A stretch of 64,000 nucleotides of DNA from Candidatus Bathyarchaeia archaeon (GTDB lineage Archaea; Thermoproteota; Bathyarchaeia; TCS64): positions 32,001 to 96,000 of the forward strand of contig JBEKDF010000004.1 in assembly GCA_050014495.1 (NCBI GenBank), written 5' to 3'. Below the pieces are notes generated by a model. That model was not told the DNA's origin. It saw nothing but the letters and a program-made list of their open reading frames with translations, and did not search any database. The translations under genes were made by a program, and so were the position numbers. Positions 30,842 to 40,656 of the stretch are shown here, in pieces (the stretch's first letter is position 1; each line of letters opens with the position of its first letter).

Positions 30842-31867
30842 TCAGGTTGGTGGGCTCAAGCCCTCGATTGGTGCCGGGAACCAGCCCCCTAATTTAGTCT
30901 TTGCGTCGGCGAGTAACTCAGGAGTGTAGGTCCCAAACATGTTGTTCCCAGAGGAGATGTAGAGCATCTTCCCGAGGTCGAATCCCGCAACTTGGCAAAT
31001 TAAAGCGTCGAGCTGAGCCACGCTGCTGCTAACTCCGATGTCCCGTGTGAACGGGGTTGGTCCGTCTCCACGGGTTGCCTCGAATAATCTAATGAGGTTG
31101 AAGAGGGCCCCATATACCTTATCCATGTCGAGTATGCTGTTATCCAGCCTCTTATTCTTGTAGCCATGCCACCACGCTCTCACGGGGTCCGATGTTAAGC
31201 CAAATAGGTTCTTCATCGTGAGGCTCGGGTACTCCTTGCGTTTGCTCAGGCTGATGAGGGTGGAGTCGCGGTGCCTGAATAGTTTCTCGGGGACGAGGCC
31301 GTAGACTTTCTCGATTTTTGCGGGTGGGTATTTTGACTCTACGGCCTCCTTGACGATCTTCGGATCAGCGACATATCCCGCCCATGTCTCGTCGGTGGCG
31401 TTGACATACTCGATGCCGTTATCCTTGAAGAAGTCGAGGTAACCGTATTTCTTCAGGTAGAGGTTATTCTCCTTCATCAAGTGGCTCCAGTGGGGCCCGT
31501 TTATGAACCAGTCCCAGTCGGGGTTCTTTAACAGCCACCTCCAACCTCTGCCCTTAAGGAGCTGGTTCCAGTCCAGCTCCACGCCGTCTGCCATGAATCG
31601 TAGGCCGTTTGGATCCAGTATCCTCGGTCTCCAGAGGAGGTGTCCCTCGGTGACGATGATCTTGCCCTTGGCTGCCGCCGTGATGCATTGTAGAACATCG
31701 AGGTTCTTCGGGTAAATTTTTTCAACTGCTACCATGTCGACTTTGACGATGAGTGGGTCCGAACCTGGTATCTTATTCTTTAGTAGACTCGTCAGTTCTG
31801 CGGGCTTATATACCCTTGAGAACGTCGAATCTCCGATTTGGATGTAGAAGTCATCAAGGGTTAACAA
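30842..31867 (-). CDS. DUF362-like protein
   Basis: IIVTEGH, LISLSK.K..SLTMKNLFGL, WWHG. Confidence 0.6.
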   Translation of the reverse strand: MLTLDDFYIQIGDSTFSRVYKPAELTSLLKNKIPGSDPLIVKVDMVAVEKIYPKNLDVLQCITAAAKGKIIVTEGHLLWRPRILDPNGLRFMADGVELDWNQLLKGRGWRWLLKNPDWDWFINGPHWSHLMKENNLYLKKYGYLDFFKDNGIEYVNATDETWAGYVADPKIVKEAVESKYPPAKIEKVYGLVPEKLFRHRDSTLISLSKRKEYPSLTMKNLFGLTSDPVRAWWHGYKNKRLDNSILDMDKVYGALFNLIRLFEATRGDGPTPFTRDIGVSSSVAQLDALICQVAGFDLGKMLYISSGNNMFGTYTPELLADAKTKLGGWFPAPIEGLSPPT

Positions 31868-31937
31868 TTTGTTTCGTTTATAAAATGTTTTATGAAAAAG
31901 CCTTTGCTTGTATCAAAAGGGCGCGCCTCTGAGCTAA

Positions 31938-32105
31938 TTATGACTTCATCTCCTTACACATCTCCATGATCAATGGGATGAGTTCCCCTAGGTTTGCCCA
32001 GTTCCACTCACCTGCACTAAGGTAAATATCCTCATTAGACTCTGAAGATATATCCGCACGGTTTCGTATACGTTCTAGGATTTCCTTGGCCTGCTTAGGA
32101 GTCAT
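31938..32105 (-). CDS. Small hypothetical protein (55 aa); not in ORF track
   Basis: Manual translation MTPKQAKEILERIRNRADISSESNEDIYLSAGEWNWANLGELIPLIMEMCKEMKS. Confidence 0.45.
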   Translation of the reverse strand: MTPKQAKEILERIRNRADISSESNEDIYLSAGEWNWANLGELIPLIMEMCKEMKS

Positions 32106-32614
32106 CTTCCATCCCCTAAACTTGTACTATTCTCGAACGCACGCTCCGTGGACCCCATGTGAGTGGTAATCCTCCGCATGTGCGACGTGCCATTCCCGTA
32201 ATAGTCGCAGCAGAATTTTTTACTTCCTGCTTCGCTGTGTATAACGTTTCGCATGTTTATGCAATCCTTTACTCAAGTAGTCGAGTACCAGTAATTAAGA
32301 CATCCAAATTCGCCTAAATGCTATTGTATACGCTGTGTCGGGCCCACAATCTAATCTACCAGACAGCCATATAGCGTGCACGATTTACACATGTATTTTA
32401 TTTATTGGTGATATCAGTTTCGCGCGCGCATATGGATTCGAGACTGCGCGCGTGCATGGCCCCCAACCCAATGATTATTCCACTTTCTAATTCTTCCCTT
32501 CCTCTACTCATCTAATCTTCGTGCCGCGATGTATCATTAATCTGGTTTTCAGTATCTACTATTATTATAGCCTTACATTTTCCATTTTGTTTAGATATGG
32601 AGAAGAACTGATCT

Positions 32615-32794
32615 ATGGTTCAGGTTTTAATTGATATTCCCGATGAGCTGGTTCACGACATGGAGGATACTATGAATATCTATGAGCTGAGCATTGATGA
32701 GCTAGTTGTGACGGCTGTTAGGCATCTGGTGAATAAGCGCCAGCGTAAATCCTCTGCTCCGTTGATTCGTACTCGGCCCCTAGAATTCTTGTAG
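32615..32794 (+). CDS. Small ribbon-helix-helix-like protein (59 aa); not in ORF track
   Basis: MVQVLIDIPDELVHDMEDTMNIYELSIDELVVTAVRHLV..: beta strand, IPDEL, two helices. Confidence 0.55.
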   Translation: MVQVLIDIPDELVHDMEDTMNIYELSIDELVVTAVRHLVNKRQRKSSAPLIRTRPLEFL

Positions 32795-32852
32795 CTTTGC
32801 GCGCGCTGCACATGCACAGAGTTATCTATGATTCCGAACATATTCACAGTTA

Positions 32853-33539
32853 ATGGATACCAAGAAGAATCCCTCGAAGAGTACTGCAAAAATAAAAGTG
32901 ACTGAGAACGGTCCTTACATAGTCACAGGGAGTATTCTCCTCTCCGAACAGATAATTGGTACCGACGAGGACGGATTCAGTGCCGTGTGGTGCTCAGGGA
33001 AGGAGTATCCCCTACAGGAGAGCTACTCGCTCTGTCGTTGTGGTAAGTCGAAGAACAAGCCTTACTGCGACGGAAGCCACATCACCACCTGGTTTAATGG
33101 TAGGGAGACTGCGAGCCACGAGCCCTACAGCAAACTCGCAAACAGAATTGATGGTCCCGACCTGAGGCTCATGGACGCCCCTGACCTCTGTGCCTTCGCA
33201 AGGTTCTGCGACCGCGGCGAAAGCGTCTGGAGCTATACACGAGACTCTAACGATCCAGAGGCGAAGAAGATTGCCATCGCCCAGGCACGCAACTGCCCCT
33301 CGGGTCGCCTCGTCACCTTGGAAAAGAAGACAAACCAAGTTTACGATGAGGGCATCGAGAAGTCTATAGTGGTTGTCGAGGACCCTCAGATGGGGTGCCC
33401 TGGGCCGATATGGGTCCGCGGAGGTATACCCATAGAGGATGCGAATGGGAAGCCCTATGAGATCAGGAACCGCGTCACTCTCTGCCGGTGTGGGAAATCG
33501 GGGAACAAGCCATTATGCGATGGCTCACACGCTCGTTAG
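32853..33539 (+). CDS. CDGSH iron-sulfur domain protein with central divergent 4Fe-4S domain
   Basis: Two LCRCGKS.NKP.CDGSH motifs; CAFARFC and CPSGRL. Confidence 0.95.
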   Translation: MDTKKNPSKSTAKIKVTENGPYIVTGSILLSEQIIGTDEDGFSAVWCSGKEYPLQESYSLCRCGKSKNKPYCDGSHITTWFNGRETASHEPYSKLANRIDGPDLRLMDAPDLCAFARFCDRGESVWSYTRDSNDPEAKKIAIAQARNCPSGRLVTLEKKTNQVYDEGIEKSIVVVEDPQMGCPGPIWVRGGIPIEDANGKPYEIRNRVTLCRCGKSGNKPLCDGSHAR

Positions 33540-33624
33540 TCTCTTGCGCATCGTACGCGAGATTCTGGTAAGACTCTTAGCATAAAGTGAGGATTTTTAA
33601 TAGAAACCGACATTAAATAGTATT

Positions 33625-33966
33625 ATGGCGGACCTCAACCAGGCGATAATCGTTATAATAGCAGGCATAGCAGTGGCCATCGCTGATGGCCTCATTAAGA
33701 AGACGGCCATCGGCGCTTCCCTAACCGATGCGCTAAAGAACCCTCTCATGATAGGCGTCGTGTTTCTGTATCTCGCCCAGATTGCATTTTTCACCTACGT
33801 CTTCGTGAATGGTTGGCAGCTGGGGGTTGTCGGGATTCTACAGATGGTGGCTTACTCCGTGTTTGTGCTGATCACAGGCGTCTTCATATTCAAGGAGAGC
33901 TTCACCGTGACTCAGTACTTAGGTTTTGTTTTGGCTATTAGTGGCGCTGTGCTGATCAATTTATGA
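33625..33966 (+). CDS. Small 4-TM DMT/SMR-like membrane protein
   Basis: Four hydrophobic helices; FIFKE..T..QYLG. Confidence 0.7.
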   Translation: MADLNQAIIVIIAGIAVAIADGLIKKTAIGASLTDALKNPLMIGVVFLYLAQIAFFTYVFVNGWQLGVVGILQMVAYSVFVLITGVFIFKESFTVTQYLGFVLAISGAVLINL

Positions 33967-34114
33967 ATTCAAATGCGCTCCGTTATCTTATCCCTTAAAC
34001 CCCAATATATTCTGTAGACATCTGTTTCCTCGAATTCTTGGGCGTGCGTATAAGCGGCCCGCGAGTCACGATATAACGGTAGAAGAATCAAGAGCAGTGT
34101 CTGCGTTATGCACT

Positions 34115-34297
34115 TTATTCTATCAGATGCTTTCCTTCATCCATGATCTTGCTACCGTCGACTCAAATCGATGACTTCGCAATGGCGCGTCCGACTTCCA
34201 CTGTGAGGCGGTCTGTGAGAATGAGAACATGTTCACCTCTATTCATCGACATGCAAACCTCCACAACGTTTCTGGCGCCTTGTTCTAATGTTCCCAA
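34115..34297 (-). pseudogene. Internally deleted M29-like aminopeptidase remnant
   Basis: LEQGARNVVEVCMSMNRGEHVLILTD (N-terminus) fused in frame to SI*VDGSKIMDDEGKHLIE (C-terminus). Confidence 0.6.
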
Positions 34298-34490
34298 ATC
34301 AATAACACACTTACAGGATTTTCTTATATGTTATATAATATGTATACGCGCGCGCCACACCACCACACACCTTTGTCATCCCGGCTAAAACCATAAGCCA
34401 TCCGAGATCATCATTGCAAAATAGTTAAAGTGAAAGCTAACAAGGAAAACGTTTAAGACTAACCTGAACCTTTGCCGCCGTCGAATAAGA

Positions 34491-35291
34491 ATGCCGAAAC
34501 CCAAGAAATCCTTAAGCGAACTCGTCTCCCTCAAGGGGAGGGAGGCCCTCATCACAGGTTCAGCCGTAGGCATAGGAAGAGCCATAGCCAACCGCTATGC
34601 TGAGGCGGGAGCCGACCTCATACTAGTGGACATCAATAAGGAGAAGCTTGAGGAGGCTGCCGAAGAACTCAAGGAGTGGGGCGTAGACGTTGCGCCGAAG
34701 AGGATCGACCTATCCAAAAAAGCTGAAATCGACCACTTATGGGTGGAACTCGAGGGCTCGGAGCCCGACACCCTCGTCAACAACGCGGGCATCTACCCAT
34801 TCTGCGACTTCCTCGACATCGATGAGGCCCTCTTCGAGAAGGTCCACTCCATCAATCTCGAGGCCGTGCTATGGATGTGCCAAAACATGTTAAGTGCCCG
34901 GAAGAGGATGGGTGGCGTCATCATCAACGTCAGCAGCATCGAGGCCGTCCTCCCGTTTAAGAAGGGAATGATCCACTACGACGCCTCGAAAGCGGGGATC
35001 ATCGGCCTCACACGTGGTCTCGCCCGAGACTTCAGCGACAAGGGTTTCCGGGTAAACGCCCTCCTCCCCGGTGGCATAGTTACCCCAGGCACAAAGGGGG
35101 CGGCCACAGAGTTCTTCAAGGGGAATATTGGCCTAGCTAAAACGGGATACGATTTCATGAGTAGGTTACCCATGGGGCGTGTGGGTGATCCAGACGAGGT
35201 CGCCCGCGCGGCGCTGTTCCTCGCCTCCGACCTATCCAGTTATGTGACGGGGGTCCTACTCCCAGTCGATGGTGGCTTTCTCTCCGCCTGA
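34491..35291 (+). CDS. Short-chain dehydrogenase/reductase
   Basis: TGSAVGIG, NNAG, YDASK, VDGG. Confidence 0.95.
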   Translation: MPKPKKSLSELVSLKGREALITGSAVGIGRAIANRYAEAGADLILVDINKEKLEEAAEELKEWGVDVAPKRIDLSKKAEIDHLWVELEGSEPDTLVNNAGIYPFCDFLDIDEALFEKVHSINLEAVLWMCQNMLSARKRMGGVIINVSSIEAVLPFKKGMIHYDASKAGIIGLTRGLARDFSDKGFRVNALLPGGIVTPGTKGAATEFFKGNIGLAKTGYDFMSRLPMGRVGDPDEVARAALFLASDLSSYVTGVLLPVDGGFLSA

Positions 35292-35468
35292 TCCGCTTTT
35301 GCAAATGCTAATAGCTCCCTCCTCAGCTCCACCTGATTTAGTCAGGTGAATGATTGTTGGTTGATTTGGCTGAGATTCACGAAACTTTATAATTGGGTAG
35401 AATTTAAGTAAAATTTTCTTCACTTACCTAGTTAAATCTCCTCATGCCTCACCCATACTTGATGAACG

Positions 35469-35930
35469 ATGACTGAGGATCACTCAGAGAGCCTCGAGGA
35501 GCGGGTCTTCAAATCGTTGAGCAACGAGAACGGAGAGAAATCATACGGTACCTCGGCAAGAGAAGCGGAGCAAGGTTCAATGAGGTGAAGAAGGACCTCG
35601 ACTTTGATGACGGTGCCTCACTAACCTATCACTTGACCTCCCTGGATCCCCTGATAACACAGGAAGAGGGTGGTTATGGGCTCTCACCAGCTGGTCGAGA
35701 TGCCTACAACTTGATGAATAAAATCACCTCGGTTACCAAAGCAACAGCCATGATAAGCTCCGTGAGGAGGCAGGTCGTGGCTATGATAATAGTAATGCTA
35801 TTTTATGGGCTGTCGCCATACTGAGCGTACGACTTAATGAAGGAAACCTACAGGGAGCTACTCTCTATAGCTTCTTTGCACTTTGGTTCATCAGCAACAT
35901 TTTCCTATACACCATTTCTCAACGTTTAAG
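35469..35930 (+). pseudogene. Frameshifted wHTH regulator with C-terminal TMs
   Basis: MTEDHSESLEERVFKSLSNE then a frameshift near 35529 into RREIIRYLG..LTYHLTSL; further disruption near 35800. Confidence 0.7.
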
Positions 35931-36116
35931 CAGAGCCTCGAGGTAGAACTCGTATTTCGTGCACTCGTAACTCAACAGCAGCTACCTTTGGTGACTCAAT
36001 ATCCTTATCCTAAGCTCCACCTGATACTCAAAATCTTACTACAAAGATGCTTTTGCTAAACCTCATTTAACGTACAAAAGATTCCCGCATACAAGCCGGT
36101 TTCCTTAATCATTGAT

Positions 36117-36959
36117 CTAATTCAAAGACTTTCTACCCACACACAAAATGTAGCCCAGGTACTTGTTTGCCACCCTATCCCTCAACAGTACATCCTTAAC
36201 CTCATTGATCTTACCGAAGCGTCGCCGCATCTTTGCACTCCTCAACGCGAGGACAAACACTCCCCAAAGCGTGCCCATAAGTTTACTCCACCCCCCAAAC
36301 TCGTTCACAAGACTCAACGAATAGGACTGCTGCGAGACATTGTAGTACTCCTCCAAAGACACATTACCGAACCCAGCAGACTCAAATGCCGAGCACCAGG
36401 AAGCAGGGCTGCGAATGTTGAGGGGAAGGTCAGTCAGCTCCCTGAAGACCCTTTCACCATAGGCGACGCGATCTAAGGCATCAGGGGGCACATGATCGGC
36501 CTTGTACATCTCGTTAACTCCGAGGATCCCACCCACCTTAAGGATCCTATAGAACTCGGGGAAGGCCCTGGCTGGATCTAGAAACTGGGACACGAATACG
36601 GTCAGCACCACGTCGAAACTTCCATCGGGGTAGTTCAGTCTATAGGCGTCTCCCGGCATGAACTTGACATGATCTGTTAGACCCAGATCCGTGGCCTGTT
36701 TCTGTGCGTAGATAACCATGTGCTTGGCGTTGTCGACGCCCACGATGCTGCACCCATACCTTTTTGCTAGGTAGCAGGCGTTGGTCCCCGTCCCGCAGCC
36801 CACCTCAAGTATTCTGGTGTGCTCCGTGATTTGGCAGAGCTCTGCCAGTCTGTCAATGCTGGCTAGGCCTCCTGTGTTGAAGAATGGAACACCCATGTAG
36901 CCCATGAAATCGTAGTAGCTGAGGTCCTCGATCTCGTTGAGCTTAAGGTTGCCAGGCAT
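36117..36959 (-). CDS. Class I SAM-dependent methyltransferase
   Basis: ILEVGCGTG, GDAY.L.YPDGSFDVV, RILKVGG. Confidence 0.9.
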   Translation of the reverse strand: MPGNLKLNEIEDLSYYDFMGYMGVPFFNTGGLASIDRLAELCQITEHTRILEVGCGTGTNACYLAKRYGCSIVGVDNAKHMVIYAQKQATDLGLTDHVKFMPGDAYRLNYPDGSFDVVLTVFVSQFLDPARAFPEFYRILKVGGILGVNEMYKADHVPPDALDRVAYGERVFRELTDLPLNIRSPASWCSAFESAGFGNVSLEEYYNVSQQSYSLSLVNEFGGWSKLMGTLWGVFVLALRSAKMRRRFGKINEVKDVLLRDRVANKYLGYILCVGRKSLN

Positions 36960-37066
36960 TCAATCATCTAAAGAATTGTCTGGGGATTAAAATATGTGTC
37001 AAACGCGTACGCATTTCGGGTTCTAGTATTTTGATGGTCTCCTCGCTAAAATTCGCGCAGGTTTGA

Positions 37067-38038
37067 CTAGCTATCTTTCAATATTTTTCGGAGCATATCT
37101 GAGGTGAGGTTTCCGCCGCTGAGAACCACACCCACCCTTTTACCTCTCAGACCATCACGCATCTTAATAGCAGCTGCGAGGGAAGCGGCTCCCGCCCCCT
37201 CAGCTATCGTATGAGCCTTCTCGACGTAAAGTCTAATGGCCGCCTTCATCTCATCCTCTGACACTAGTACGAAATCGTCTAATTTCTCCCTCATAATTTC
37301 TAGGGGGAGCTCAAAAGCACTCCTCGTTGCCAACCCATCAGCGAAGGTCTTTGACTTCCCGGTACTCTCCATGTTACCACTTCTCCAGCTAAGGTAGACA
37401 CTCTGCGCCTCCTCAGCTTGAACACCAATTATCTTCGTCTCAGGCGACATAGTCTTATAGACTGTTGAAATTCCTGAAGCACCAGATCCTCCACCCACCG
37501 GAACAATAACAGCGTCAAGGTTTTGCTGATCCTCAATCATCTCGAGACCGATTGTCCCAACTCCTGCTATGAGGTGCGGTTCATTTCCACTGTGAATGTA
37601 CTTGTATCCATGTTCCAGAGCTAGCCTCTCAGCGTTTTCCTTGGCTTCCTCAAAATCCTTTCCCTCTTCAACGATCTCCGCTCCAAAGCTCTTGATGGCG
37701 CAGATTTTATCGGGGTTAGGGTTCCTCGGGACACATATGATCGCCTTCACGCCAAACATCCTAGATGCCAAAGCTATAGACTGGCCGTGATTACCGGTGG
37801 ATGCGGTGATGACTCCGTGCCCCTTCTCCTCGGTGGTAAGCTGACTGACTAGATTGATTCCACCCCTAATCTTGAACGCACAGGTGGGTTGATGATTTTC
37901 ATGCTTGACATAAACATCGCAACCTACTGCCTCTGAGAGGGCACTATACTCACGCAGGGGGGTCTTCGCCAGATAGGGTTGAATCCGCTTTCTAGCAGCT
38001 AAAACATCTTTGAGGGTTGGCTTGTACATTCTACTCAC
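37067..38038 (-). CDS. Threonine/serine dehydratase (catabolic, no regulatory domain)
   Basis: AFKIRG, ASTGNHGQ, VPVGGG, LSGGN. Confidence 0.9.
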   Translation of the reverse strand: MSRMYKPTLKDVLAARKRIQPYLAKTPLREYSALSEAVGCDVYVKHENHQPTCAFKIRGGINLVSQLTTEEKGHGVITASTGNHGQSIALASRMFGVKAIICVPRNPNPDKICAIKSFGAEIVEEGKDFEEAKENAERLALEHGYKYIHSGNEPHLIAGVGTIGLEMIEDQQNLDAVIVPVGGGSGASGISTVYKTMSPETKIIGVQAEEAQSVYLSWRSGNMESTGKSKTFADGLATRSAFELPLEIMREKLDDFVLVSEDEMKAAIRLYVEKAHTIAEGAGAASLAAAIKMRDGLRGKRVGVVLSGGNLTSDMLRKILKDS

Positions 38039-38094
38039 TATAATTTGGGTGTGTAGATTATTATGCGTGCGCTAGGTTTTAATGGCGCGCATGA

Positions 38095-38484
38095 TCAGGT
38101 TTCCTTGTTCTCAGGATACCATCCGCCACTTGGGGGTTTTGTGTTCGGAGACGGAGGGTTAGGCATTCCGATCCTGAAGTGTTTCCCAGTCTTCTTCTCC
38201 TTCCATCTCACATTTTCCGCTATGGGGTAGTTCATTTTGATGGCACCCTGAAGCGCTCTCGGACAAGCGTGCACGCAACAACCGCAGTCACAACACTCAT
38301 CGGAGTAGATTGTGAGCGGTGGCTTCCCCGGCTCTGGGTTCTTAACCAGCATATCCATCCTACAGGCCTTGACACACCGTGGCTCCTCGAGCGTCGGACA
38401 GCCATTGCAGACCTTGGGATCGAACTCAATGAACTTCGTTGCCTCGAAGGGCACATAGATCTTCCTCACACTCATGGCAATCAC
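38095..38484 (-). CDS. 2x[4Fe-4S] ferredoxin, AprB-like
   Basis: CNGC-x6-C..C and CCDCGCCVHACP; overlaps stop of upstream flavoprotein. Confidence 0.8.
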   Translation of the reverse strand: MIAMSVRKIYVPFEATKFIEFDPKVCNGCPTLEEPRCVKACRMDMLVKNPEPGKPPLTIYSDECCDCGCCVHACPRALQGAIKMNYPIAENVRWKEKKTGKHFRIGMPNPPSPNTKPPSGGWYPENKET

Positions 38485-40433
38485 CAGGGCTTGTGCTCCT
38501 CATAGTTCTCCCTGTACGTGGGGGCGTACGGTGGCATCAGCCAAAACCCGAATGGATGCTCCCCGACCACGACCTTCCCGTCCGCCTGCTTGAGCGTCAC
38601 GAACTTGTTCCACTCAGTGGGGTCATCCTGCGAATAATCGAGTCTGCGTAGGTTGAGCGCCTTCGAGCTCGCCTTCCTACTTAGCGCTGACTCTATGATT
38701 ATCTGGGAGACCGTGAGAAGGTCAAGTGTCTCCAGGCTCCTCATGAGCTCGTGGGGATTCGAGGCTACCAGCTCCTTGGCCTCCTTACTCTCAAGCTCCC
38801 TGAGCCAGGTCTGCCCGATTTCGAGCAACTCCTCGTTCACATACTCGCCAAAGTAGGTCCTCAGGACACTGCTGATGCCGGTGTTCAGGTCCTTCCAGTC
38901 GATGCCCTCCGTCCTCTCCGTTGGGGCATAGATCCTCGTCATCCCTTGTTGGACTTGGGACTCATCGAGCTCGGAACTCGAGGCATGTTTAGCATACTCT
39001 GCTGCTTTGGCGCCTGCCCACCTGCCGCCAGTCGCAGCTGCGGAGTGGAAGTTGCTGCCGAAGATTGTGTCACCGGCGCCATAGAAGCCATCGAGGGTCG
39101 TCTTCAGATCCCAGTCGACTATCAGCCCGCTGCCAGTTGACATCGTCCAGCCCCGCTTAGAAGTGGCGTCGAGGGAGGGACCACTGCTGAACCAGTCTCC
39201 GTAGTACTGGAGTAGGTCTTTGTCGGGGTCAAAGCCGGCCTGCGTGAGATTGCGGTACACGATCCAAGTCTTACCCTCCTGGGCAACCATTAGGCCAAAA
39301 ATCGCCTTCCTCTCATATTCAGACATAGAGGTAAGGTCAGCATAGAGTGGAAGCTTATACTCCCCCTTCCTGACTAGCTCCTCGAACTCGGGTCTGTCGG
39401 AGAGGCAGACGGGCATGTCACTCTCGAGGGCCTTGCCAGTCATTGCCATAGGGATCCCCGGCATTATGATTCTCTTACCCCGTGTGGAGGGCTTTACGCG
39501 CTGATCAAATGACGTGAGTGTCTTGCCGTCGAGGCTTATGTAGGGTATCTCCTTGCCGTTGGCATCGACGATTGTGCACGGGTACCAGGTGTTCCGTGGA
39601 TTGCCCGTGCCATAGGCGGGGTGCCTTGAAATTCCCGTTACTCTCTTTCCCTCAAGCTGGGTGAGCTCCGCTCCCGCCCTCCAAGCCATGGCGAATCCGC
39701 TCCCTACGAGATTAGGCGCCCTAAGGCCGTTGATCCTGTAGCCGGAGTAGAGCCAGGGCCTGTCAGAGGCCTTGCCCGTGCAGAGTACCGTAGCCTTCGC
39801 CTTGAAGACATAGTACTCGCCCGTGCGGACATTCACCGCCGTCGCACCGACGACCCTCGCCCCCTGCTTGCCCCCCTCAGTGAGTAGACCTGTAGCGTAG
39901 ACCCTGTTGATTAGCTCGACGTCGCTTCTCAGCATCTCTCCGTAGAGGGCAAGTTTGAAGGTTTGTCCCCAGACCCTGAGGGTGTGCCTGTTCTCGTAGT
40001 CGTAGGCGAAGAGCAGCTTCGTGTCCTCGTCCCTGAACGGGGCACCCTTGAACTCGTCGGCGTCGTCCCTTATTTTGCCCCCCATCTTCTCAAGCTCGAG
40101 GAGGGCGCGGTAGCCATCGTTGCAGTTTATGTACTCCATGATGCCGTTTATGTAGCCTCTGTAGCCGGGGTCAACGATCTCTAGGTACTCGTCAGGGGTG
40201 ATCTTGGCGCAGGGGTTGTCCAGGGCGGGGCCCCAGTGGTCGCACCCGGAGGGTCCGGATGATATGTTATCGGACTCCTCGATGAGGGTGACGCGGGTAC
40301 CTCTCCTCGCTGCCTCGATGGCGGCCCATGGCCCAGCGATGCCTCCTCCAATCACGAGTACATCGGTTTCGACGCGGTTCACTGTACCGTACCTTAACTC
40401 GTACGGCCACTCGACTACTCCCTTGAAAGACAT
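38481..40433 (-). CDS. FAD-dependent oxidoreductase, AprA/SdhA superfamily
   Basis: DVLVIGGGIAG, GCDHW, G.GFAMAWRAGAEL, NPHELMRSLE. Confidence 0.85.
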   Translation of the reverse strand: MSFKGVVEWPYELRYGTVNRVETDVLVIGGGIAGPWAAIEAARRGTRVTLIEESDNISSGPSGCDHWGPALDNPCAKITPDEYLEIVDPGYRGYINGIMEYINCNDGYRALLELEKMGGKIRDDADEFKGAPFRDEDTKLLFAYDYENRHTLRVWGQTFKLALYGEMLRSDVELINRVYATGLLTEGGKQGARVVGATAVNVRTGEYYVFKAKATVLCTGKASDRPWLYSGYRINGLRAPNLVGSGFAMAWRAGAELTQLEGKRVTGISRHPAYGTGNPRNTWYPCTIVDANGKEIPYISLDGKTLTSFDQRVKPSTRGKRIIMPGIPMAMTGKALESDMPVCLSDRPEFEELVRKGEYKLPLYADLTSMSEYERKAIFGLMVAQEGKTWIVYRNLTQAGFDPDKDLLQYYGDWFSSGPSLDATSKRGWTMSTGSGLIVDWDLKTTLDGFYGAGDTIFGSNFHSAAATGGRWAGAKAAEYAKHASSSELDESQVQQGMTRIYAPTERTEGIDWKDLNTGISSVLRTYFGEYVNEELLEIGQTWLRELESKEAKELVASNPHELMRSLETLDLLTVSQIIIESALSRKASSKALNLRRLDYSQDDPTEWNKFVTLKQADGKVVVGEHPFGFWLMPPYAPTYRENYEEHKPW

Positions 40434-40656
40434 GAACTCACAGCCTAGTTAGAGGATTAATGGATTAGCGTGAAGTGATAAGTTTTCGGCTTCCAAGGAA
40501 TGCCTCATCCAGATGAGCACCCTTATTTATCATTAAAAGAGATTCAACGCTCTGCTTCATGGCATGCGCGCGCTCATGGAGGTGGGCGGGAACGCGGGGG
40601 TCACATTATTTGCCTAGTTTATCGGGGGGACGATCCCTGCCTCAAGCGTGTTAGCC

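Noticed and set aside
38481..40433. Calling this aprA as evidence of dissimilatory sulfate reduction
   Set aside because: Only superfamily-level similarity; gene order and neighbours do not match canonical apr loci.
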